Assembly (NCBI GenBank): GCA_038153405.1
Contig: JAYOYH010000003.1
Coordinates: 98,460 to 162,459 of the forward strand
Direction: 5' to 3'
Length of the DNA: 64,000 nucleotides
Source of the DNA: Gemmatimonadota bacterium
GTDB lineage: Bacteria; Latescibacterota; UBA2968; UBA8231
The notes under the pieces were generated by a model. That model did no database searches. It had not been told where the DNA came from and saw only the letters and a program-made list of their open reading frames with translations. Position numbers and translations under genes: made by a program. Of this stretch, positions 20,900 through 27,928 are shown in pieces (within the stretch, counting starts at the first letter, position 1; each line of letters starts with the position of its first letter).

Positions 20900-20948
20900 G
20901 ATGGGACCCTCCCTCTTTATGGATCGTTTATCTTTCAAGAGCACTTCA

Positions 20949-22919
20949 TCAGTAAGCCACGGCGATGGTGCCCATGCGCACAAAATCGCCTATGCCGCTC
21001 TGAACCTCCAACACGACCAGATAATTGCCCGGGGGAACCGCTTCGCCCGCTCCATTTTTCCCATCCCAGGACTCCGTATAGATTCCGCCTACCTGATCGC
21101 GATCAACTAATGTGCGAATGAGCCTGCCCGCCAAGTCGTATATGGCCACTTTGATCGGCTTGGGCTCCGAGATCTGGATCACCGTGTACTCGATATCGAT
21201 TGCATCGTTTACGCCGTCGCCATTGGGCGTAAATACAGGCGGATCAAACGCAACGCCGCGCACAATCTCGCCCACCGATTCTTGGGTAAGCGCCACGCGC
21301 AGAGAGTTCGTAGATACGTCGAAATTGGCATCGCCTTCGAGCACGGGCTGGCCGAGAATATCCGATTGGGTATCCCATACCGTGCCGGTGAAAATGGTGC
21401 CAAATACCACGGCAGACCCGCGGAACAGCACGCGCAGGGGCACGTTGTTGTCGAAGTCTATGCGATTTTGCGTAAAAATCACTTCGAGACCGTCTTCTGC
21501 AGCGGTAACCCGATCCGGCTGTACTGTCTGCAAGGGGCTGCCCATTTGTAACTCGACGAATTCAGCCGGGGTGGGCGTATCGATGCGCAGTGCATCAAAG
21601 CCATTTTCCGATGGATCTAGTATCGTTGCGCGTATGTCGTAGGCGAACAACACCTCTTCTCCACCGTCTATACTCGGCAACACCACGGCATCGTCTTTAT
21701 CGATAACGCCAATATTAACCGGGGGATTCGGATCATCGGCTAGGGAAATCTCGCCGACGACAGCGGCGGCGGGCGGAATCGAATGCTCTATTACGAGCGA
21801 GTCGATGCGCGCAGTTTGTGCCACCGATTCACTTTCCATCACGATTTGCAGTTGGAAATACGGACGCGGACTGGGCAGCGGGATGCGCTGCCCCGACGTC
21901 AGCGGCAGCGACCAGGCGCTCCAATTTTCCGTATCCTCTTCAATGCTGCCCTTCTCGCCCGAAGGCAGCGAATTGTAGTCCGACTCGCTTACGACGACCT
22001 GACTCACCGCGCGCGTATTCTCGTCAATAACGCGCTTGTAGTGGATGAGCGGACTGTCATCGAGACCCGTTTTCATGCGGATGGCGACCGACGTAGCACC
22101 GCCATCGGCGACCTCGATCAGCTGGCCGTCGATCAGTTCAAGGGTGCGCGTTGCCCACGAAATGGCTCCGTAGTTTGATACGCTGCCCAAATTGACGACG
22201 TTGCTGACGTAGGTCGCACGCGGGACGAATCCGTTGCCGTAGAGCTCGAATTCGGCCAGTTCAAATGGGTTGCGCGACCCCACGCGCAGGCGGATAAAGC
22301 GTATGAACTGCTGGGGGAACTTCATAGCGAAGACGCTGTTGGGATTGACCGGAATATCGCGCAGCAGCGAAAAGAGCGGCTGTTCGTTAACGTAGGACAC
22401 TCCGTCGCTGACGAAGACCGTATGCTTGCGCACGAAATCCTCGGCATAGGGACGCCCGTTGGCCGTCGTCCCCTCCTGGCGAGGATAGAAGCGCAAACTG
22501 TCGGCCGGCACGCGCGAGCCCAAATCAAAGACAAATGCGCGACCGTCTTGGTCAACGCCGGCGCGCTTAAAAAGATCCTCGGTAGACGTCAACCCATCGC
22601 CGTCGACAATGCGCAGCGCGTCGGAGCTTTGAAAGGCGGTATTATCCCACAGCGCCGCATCGCCTTCGCTCACGACGTCGTTGGGCTTTCCATAGCTCCA
22701 TTTGAGCGTCGCGATGATGTTTTCATCGGGAGTAAAACCGCGAATCTGGATCGAACCGGGATTCGACCGATCGTCAACTTGCGCCCGCACCTGAACGATA
22801 TCGCCCCACCGGATGCCGCTACTACCCCCCAATATCCACTGGTCTGCCCGCGCCGATGCCGTTACCAGCATCGCACCCAACCCCGCCAGAAGCGCCAAGC
22901 GATAGGTTGAAAAGCCCAT
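20949..22919 (-). CDS. Secreted FlgD-Ig protein, paralog E
   Basis: Signal peptide ending SARA; IVDGD/VFDLG/LAEFELYG module, KTG..ENWSAWS; ends VFTPNGDGVND...WDG...PGNY...IAVAY; TAATG overlap with the upstream gene. Confidence 0.88.
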   Translation of the reverse strand: MGFSTYRLALLAGLGAMLVTASARADQWILGGSSGIRWGDIVQVRAQVDDRSNPGSIQIRGFTPDENIIATLKWSYGKPNDVVSEGDAALWDNTAFQSSDALRIVDGDGLTSTEDLFKRAGVDQDGRAFVFDLGSRVPADSLRFYPRQEGTTANGRPYAEDFVRKHTVFVSDGVSYVNEQPLFSLLRDIPVNPNSVFAMKFPQQFIRFIRLRVGSRNPFELAEFELYGNGFVPRATYVSNVVNLGSVSNYGAISWATRTLELIDGQLIEVADGGATSVAIRMKTGLDDSPLIHYKRVIDENTRAVSQVVVSESDYNSLPSGEKGSIEEDTENWSAWSLPLTSGQRIPLPSPRPYFQLQIVMESESVAQTARIDSLVIEHSIPPAAAVVGEISLADDPNPPVNIGVIDKDDAVVLPSIDGGEEVLFAYDIRATILDPSENGFDALRIDTPTPAEFVELQMGSPLQTVQPDRVTAAEDGLEVIFTQNRIDFDNNVPLRVLFRGSAVVFGTIFTGTVWDTQSDILGQPVLEGDANFDVSTNSLRVALTQESVGEIVRGVAFDPPVFTPNGDGVNDAIDIEYTVIQISEPKPIKVAIYDLAGRLIRTLVDRDQVGGIYTESWDGKNGAGEAVPPGNYLVVLEVQSGIGDFVRMGTIAVAY

Positions 22920-23665
22920 TACTGAACCGCCTCGCGCGGTTGCAGCGCCATATATATCTCGCGGTCAAATTTGTATTCGAGATCGATTGTTTCGACGGGC
23001 TCACCCTTATAGTCAAAGCGAATCGCCACGTCGGATACCCGCACGGAAAAGGCCCCAACGTCGTTGTGCAGTGTGGGAAAGACGATGTAGCCGGACGTCT
23101 CTTGACCGCTAAACACCATGTCGGGCGGATAGACGGTGCGCATTAATTGGTCGGTAATCGCCTCGTAGGCGCGGCGCTGCGTCCCTGCATAGGCACGCAA
23201 ATAGGGGCTGAAATAATCTTCGAGTAGGCCTTGGTCCAGCACTTCGTATACGCGATCATTGGCCGAGGTAATTACGAGCGCATCGGGATCCAAGAAAACC
23301 TTGGGATACTCGTAGTTCTTGACTTTCAGGAGCACGACGGTAAAGCGCTGCGGGGTCCAATCCTGCCCCCACGGCTTCCAATCGCCATAAGTATAGGGAT
23401 TGGTCGACTCTGCCCCGCGGTTCGAAGCCGATGCAAATTGGCGATTGAGAAAGTCGTCCCGGAGCACCTGTAGAGAAATTTCCAATCGATCTTTGGTGTA
23501 GACGATGGTTCCATCGTCGAGCACCGCCATACCTTCGTTTTGCGTCGATGCAGGCTCAGGCGCTGTCGCAAAGCGGCGCTGGCCAACCTGAGACACACAC
23601 CCCGTCAACGCGGCAGCCCAAGCGGCGATCAAGACCATATTGCAAACGATTTTCCGCACGTTCAT
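22919..23665 (-). CDS. Hypothetical lipoprotein (possibly Ig-like beta sandwich)
   Basis: ATG at 23665 with AAGGAAGG RBS; lipobox ALTGC; VVLLKVKN...FSGQETSGYIVFP. Confidence 0.75.
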   Translation of the reverse strand: MNVRKIVCNMVLIAAWAAALTGCVSQVGQRRFATAPEPASTQNEGMAVLDDGTIVYTKDRLEISLQVLRDDFLNRQFASASNRGAESTNPYTYGDWKPWGQDWTPQRFTVVLLKVKNYEYPKVFLDPDALVITSANDRVYEVLDQGLLEDYFSPYLRAYAGTQRRAYEAITDQLMRTVYPPDMVFSGQETSGYIVFPTLHNDVGAFSVRVSDVAIRFDYKGEPVETIDLEYKFDREIYMALQPREAVQ

Positions 23666-23859
23666 GGAAAAAAGCCTTCCTTTTAGTCCCAAGCCCCACC
23701 GTTGCGCTCGGAGCATCTGGAAATTTCTCAGTCTGAATACAGTGGAGATAAACAGCAGCGATAGATAAAGAGAGATGAGGTCGCCCCCATCTCTCTTTAT
23801 CCACACCCAAAGAGCCTATAGTGACATTGCTCTCAATACAGGCTTCAAGGTCTCAGACC

Positions 23860-24762
23860 TTAGTTGGCCATGCGAGCCTTGAGACGACCCCAGCTGTCGG
23901 CTTCGACAGCGGTGGAACCGCCGCCCGAACCGCCCGTAGCGCCTTCGGTCGGAACCGTAATGAAGTCGGATCCGTTGGAGTTGTCTTGGAACGCGCCGTT
24001 AACCGGCGTGGTACCCGGCTGCTTCTCGCGACCGGCTTCCGGATTCTCCGTCTCGTCAAACTGGAAGGTCAGACCAAAGATCTGATCCGGACCAAAGTTG
24101 TGGCGCTGGCTACCGGCAGGACCCGTTTTGTCGTGGAAAGTCCACGCGGCCTGCTTAACCTCGTAGGTATAGGTAACCGTGCTACCAGCCGGCTGGGTCA
24201 GCGGACGGGCATCCGGCGGATCCAGAGTCCAGCTGTAGATGAACCAGGGCTCCTCGGTCGACCACAGGATGCTCTCCTGCGGGACGTTGAAGATCCAGGT
24301 ATCCTTCTGACCGGCAGCCGGCAGAATGCGAACGCCATACTGCTGACCAGAGGTCATCTCGGTCTCGTTGAAGTTTTCGCTCGAGTGATCCGGGTCGACG
24401 ATGATTTCCAGCGAGTCATCGTTCCAGTACTCCTGCGGGTTCTCGACGAAGAGACCCAGCGAGTCGTCCGTCACGCGGGCGAAATAGTACAGCGAGTTGT
24501 CCGGAGCAGAGCTCCAAGCGACGTACAGGACGCAGTCCCAGTCGTCTTTGGCCGGCGGCCATTCGCTACCCAGAATCTCGAACATCGTGTCCGGGGTAAT
24601 CGCAAAAGCCGGGTCGATCCAACCCCAGTCATCGTCGTTGCCGTCGATAACCATGGCATCGGGATTGGGAACCTGCGGCATGAAGTAAGAAGCCTGGTGA
24701 GCAAAAGCCACCGAAGTCGTCAACATCGCGCCCATGGCGAGAGCGATACCGAGTTTCTTCAT
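23860..24762 (-). CDS. Secreted CBM9/DOMON-like (sugar-binding-like) protein with Gly/Ser linker and C-terminal TAVEADSWGRLK tail
   Basis: ATG at 24762 with GGAGG RBS; signal peptide ending AFA-H; IDGNDDDW, LYYFARVTDD, WNDDSLEIIVD, TYTYEVK motifs typical of CBM9-like folds. Confidence 0.75.
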   Translation of the reverse strand: MKKLGIALAMGAMLTTSVAFAHQASYFMPQVPNPDAMVIDGNDDDWGWIDPAFAITPDTMFEILGSEWPPAKDDWDCVLYVAWSSAPDNSLYYFARVTDDSLGLFVENPQEYWNDDSLEIIVDPDHSSENFNETEMTSGQQYGVRILPAAGQKDTWIFNVPQESILWSTEEPWFIYSWTLDPPDARPLTQPAGSTVTYTYEVKQAAWTFHDKTGPAGSQRHNFGPDQIFGLTFQFDETENPEAGREKQPGTTPVNGAFQDNSNGSDFITVPTEGATGGSGGGSTAVEADSWGRLKARMAN

Positions 24763-24797
24763 CGCAAAACCTCCAATAGCTCGGAAATGGTTGAAAG

Positions 24798-24816
24798 CCC
24801 GGACGAACGGTCCGGG
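24798..24816 (-). promoter_or_regulatory. 5'-leader hairpin CCCGGAC-CGTTC-GTCCGGG
   Basis: Perfect 7-bp stem in the leader of the CBM9-like gene. Confidence 0.45.
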
Positions 24817-24919
24817 AGGGATTAGCATCGGGGAAAATCAATTCAAGAGCGTTTAGGTGAGCTACCTCCTTTTGTCTAAAAACGGCTGGAGAATAAAGAC
24901 TCAACTCTGTTAGGCTGGA

Positions 24920-24948
24920 AAAATACCACGCGTTATAGGGTTAGTCAA
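24920..24948 (-). promoter_or_regulatory. Putative sigma70 promoter for the envelope locus
   Basis: Minus strand TTGACT-N17-TATTTT with extended -10 TGn, and an AT-rich UP-like region upstream. Confidence 0.6.
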
Positions 24949-25131
24949 GGCAATTGTAAAAAATTATTTAATTGAAATTTAACTCCTTTACGGGGCTTTT
25001 CTGCCGGTCTAATTCAGTCCCCTGCCTGCGATTTAGTCGACGGGACAGACGAGACATTGACAACGGACTCGTTGGAACCATTGATTAGGGCAGAGAAAAC
25101 CCTGCCCCCATCACGGGCACCTGCCTAAGGA

Positions 25132-27075
25132 ATGCGTTTGCCTGGCGCCCCCCACAAAAAACCCGGCGTTTCGTCCCGGGCACTGCTGATGGGTTCGGCC
25201 TGCTCCCTCATTATTGCAGCAGGCGAGCCGTATGGCGTTTTGGTGCTGAGCGGATCGCCAATGGCGGCCGACTTTTCCGCCGGGGCCGCTCTATTCCTGT
25301 TTTTCATTCTCGCCCTGTGTGTAAATCCGTTGGCTCAAGTACTGACAGGTAAGGCCCTCCGGCGAGGCGAATTGGCCACCATATACATTATGATGATTGT
25401 CGCCGCAGCCATTCCCTCCTGGGGGTTCACGATGAATCTGGTTCCCCTGTTGGGCGGATATTTCTACTACGCCACCCCGGAAAACGAGTGGGCCGCTATC
25501 ATTCAGCCTCACATACCCACCTGGCTGGTGCCCGACGACCATCACGCCATCTGGAAGTTGTTCGAAGGGGCGCGGCAGGGGGAAAGCATCCCATGGCAAA
25601 CGTGGTTTGGCCCCCTCATGGCTTGGGGCCTATTCGCGGTGACTATCTATTTCGTAACGCTCTGCCTGCTGGTCGTTCTCCGCAAACAGTGGGTCGAACG
25701 CGAACGACTCCTCTTCCCCTTGGCCACGCTGCCCCTTGAAATGTGCCAAACGGAAGAGGGCAAAAGGCTGGCGCCCTTCTTTCGCAGCCACCTCATGTGG
25801 ATTGGCTTTGCCATTCCCGCCCTCATCAATTCACTTAACGCGCTGCACGCCTTTTACAGCTTCGTGCCCCGCATTGATCTGACCAATAACATTCTCATCA
25901 TGCGCAACTCGGTTAACCTGCTCTGCACGCCGCGCTTTGAGGTGATTGGGCTGTCGTACCTGCTCAGTCTCGACGTCTCGCTCGGCGTGTGGTTCTTTGC
26001 CTTTATCGCCCTGCTGCAAACGGGTATGCAGCGCATGTTGGGATGGAGCATTGGTCCAACCCAGCCCTTTTCTGACCCGGCTCCTCCCAGCGTCGCCCAC
26101 ATGGCTTTGGGCGCCCTTTTCTTTCTGGTCGCATCGAGTTTTTGGCACAGTCGCTCGCATCTTAGAGACGTGGTGCGCAAGGCGTTCAAGGGGGACGATG
26201 CCATCGACGACAGCGAAGAGTTGCTATCCTACCGAGCCGCCATTTGGGGCATTATAGTGGGCATCGGCCTCTGTATGGCATGGCTTTTGGCCGCCGGGAT
26301 GAACGCGCACTCGGCCTTCGTCTTTCTATTCAGCGCGCTTATCATCTTCGTCGGCCTAGCTCGCATCGTGTCGCAGACGGGGTTGGCCTACGGGCGCGCT
26401 ACCGTAGCCGCGCCCATCTTCACGGTAAATGCATTGGGCACCGGCGCCATTGGACCGGCTGGACTGACCACGCTGGGCCTGAGCTTTGCGTGGGCTGCCG
26501 ACATACGCACCTTTGTTATGGCACAGGCGGCAACCGGGCTCAAGCTAGCCGAAGTGACGCGCCTCGAACACCGCCGCCTGTTTTGGGCCATTTTGCTAGC
26601 AATCGCCACCACGCTGGTCGGATCGGCTTTCGCCGTCGTGCAAATCGCCTACGCCTACGGCGGTATTAATCTGACCGGATGGCAGTTTATCGGCCTGCCC
26701 GAGTTTTCTGGCAATTGGGTCACGCGCAACATCAATAATGCACAGCCGGTCGAACTCTGGCACCTCGGATTTACGGGGTTAGGCGCCCTTATCATGTCCG
26801 GGCTGACCTACGTAAAAGCGCGCTACGTGGGCTTTCCCATCCACCCGATCGGCATGACCCTTGGTCTTACCCACCCCGTCAACCACGTGTGGTTTTCGGT
26901 TTTCTTGGCCTGGCTTTTTAAAGCGGCCATCCTCAAATACGGCGGCGCAGTGCTCTACACTCGCCTGCGCCCGCTTTTTCTCGGCCTGGTCTTAGGCACT
27001 TTTGGCTCTGCCGGTTTTTGGCTTATCGTCAGCGCGTTGACCGGCGTTAATGGCCTGGTCTTCACCCTCGGTTAG
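25132..27075 (+). CDS. DUF6785/DUF6784-like polytopic membrane protein (OPT-superfamily-like putative transporter)
   Basis: Many TM helices; motifs ELATIYIMM, LRKQWVERERLLFPL, FPIHPIG, W(F)SVFLAWLFK..ILKYGG..LY...RPLFLGL. Family name from recall. Confidence 0.75.
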   Translation: MRLPGAPHKKPGVSSRALLMGSACSLIIAAGEPYGVLVLSGSPMAADFSAGAALFLFFILALCVNPLAQVLTGKALRRGELATIYIMMIVAAAIPSWGFTMNLVPLLGGYFYYATPENEWAAIIQPHIPTWLVPDDHHAIWKLFEGARQGESIPWQTWFGPLMAWGLFAVTIYFVTLCLLVVLRKQWVERERLLFPLATLPLEMCQTEEGKRLAPFFRSHLMWIGFAIPALINSLNALHAFYSFVPRIDLTNNILIMRNSVNLLCTPRFEVIGLSYLLSLDVSLGVWFFAFIALLQTGMQRMLGWSIGPTQPFSDPAPPSVAHMALGALFFLVASSFWHSRSHLRDVVRKAFKGDDAIDDSEELLSYRAAIWGIIVGIGLCMAWLLAAGMNAHSAFVFLFSALIIFVGLARIVSQTGLAYGRATVAAPIFTVNALGTGAIGPAGLTTLGLSFAWAADIRTFVMAQAATGLKLAEVTRLEHRRLFWAILLAIATTLVGSAFAVVQIAYAYGGINLTGWQFIGLPEFSGNWVTRNINNAQPVELWHLGFTGLGALIMSGLTYVKARYVGFPIHPIGMTLGLTHPVNHVWFSVFLAWLFKAAILKYGGAVLYTRLRPLFLGLVLGTFGSAGFWLIVSALTGVNGLVFTLG

Positions 27076-27118
27076 CCCAGCCAAGGCCTCATCGCCACTG
27101 CTCTGCTGACGGATCTTA

Positions 27119-27928
27119 TCACCATTCGTCCTCCGGCATATTGTCCCATCCCCGCTCGTCATCCTCTATGTCCACCACTTCGCACCGGCCCTCGGCCCTC
27201 TGACAGAGAGAAGCGTAGCTGCACCGCTTGCACACTTGCCCGTCCTCCGTCATCGGGAACGCAGACTCTTCGCGCGGCAGCTGGCCAATTTCTGCCAACG
27301 TTCCCTCGATCTTGGCCCTCGCCTCGTCGTGCTCCCTCGCCGAATACGAAATCGGTTCCAGCGCCGCAGGCGCGTTGGCGTGCCAGTATACCAGCACGAC
27401 GTCCTCCGGCCGCACGGCGCGTCCCCCATTGAGCATTGCCCCCGCTTCCACCGCCACAAAGCGATACACCCACGTCTGCCAGCTGGCAGCCAGATCGGTC
27501 GCGTCTGGCACGCGCTGACCCGTCTTCCAATCGCCGATGTATATTCGTCCATCCGCCGCTGCGACGATGCGATCGTATTGGGCGACCAATCGCCGAGATA
27601 GCAGCGGAACGGAGAGCTGCACTTCTGAATACACCACACCTGCAGGAAACTCGGCCGGGGTCTGAAGCCAATTTTTCCACCAGCGCACCAGCATTTCGTC
27701 TCCGCATTCCAACGCCCACGCATCGACACCGACGCCGATGCTATCCTGGTGCATCCAGTGGTGGAACTGCGCTCCGCGCTCGACGGCGCGCTCCCAAACA
27801 GCCATCTCTTCGCTTAGCGGCGCCGGCCATTCGACGCGGCACACATAGCGCAGCCAAAAGCGTCTAGGGCACTGGGCATAGGCCGATAAACTGCTCTGGC
27901 TAAAGCGAATAGTGGCGCCGTTGCTCAC
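27119..27928 (-). CDS. PD-(D/E)XK nuclease, AddB/RecB/Cas4-like with 1+3 Cys Fe-S ligands
   Basis: FSQSSLSAYAQCPRRF, RG..FH, EVQL..QYDRI..IGDWKTG, Q..VY, CKRCSYASLC; GTG at 27928 overlaps the helicase stop (GTGA). Confidence 0.85.
   Translation of the reverse strand: MSNGATIRFSQSSLSAYAQCPRRFWLRYVCRVEWPAPLSEEMAVWERAVERGAQFHHWMHQDSIGVGVDAWALECGDEMLVRWWKNWLQTPAEFPAGVVYSEVQLSVPLLSRRLVAQYDRIVAAADGRIYIGDWKTGQRVPDATDLAASWQTWVYRFVAVEAGAMLNGGRAVRPEDVVLVYWHANAPAALEPISYSAREHDEARAKIEGTLAEIGQLPREESAFPMTEDGQVCKRCSYASLCQRAEGRCEVVDIEDDERGWDNMPEDEW

Noticed and set aside
532..22919. Flagellar hook-cap (flgD) genes
   Set aside because: Only the C-terminal Ig-like domain is shared; the proteins have Sec signal peptides and no flagellar context.
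23821..24825. Long plus-strand ORFs antisense to real genes (also 18404-19540 and 60103-61083 on minus)
   Set aside because: They mirror well-supported genes, have no motifs, and are expected from codon bias in GC-rich DNA.
25057..25086. Sigma70 promoter for the DUF6785-like gene
   Set aside because: TTGACA is present but there is no convincing -10 at 16-18 nt spacing.
27119..27928. Cas4 / CRISPR-Cas system
   Set aside because: The nuclease is Cas4-like, but no cas1/cas2 or repeat-spacer array is seen, and it is coupled to a UvrD helicase.
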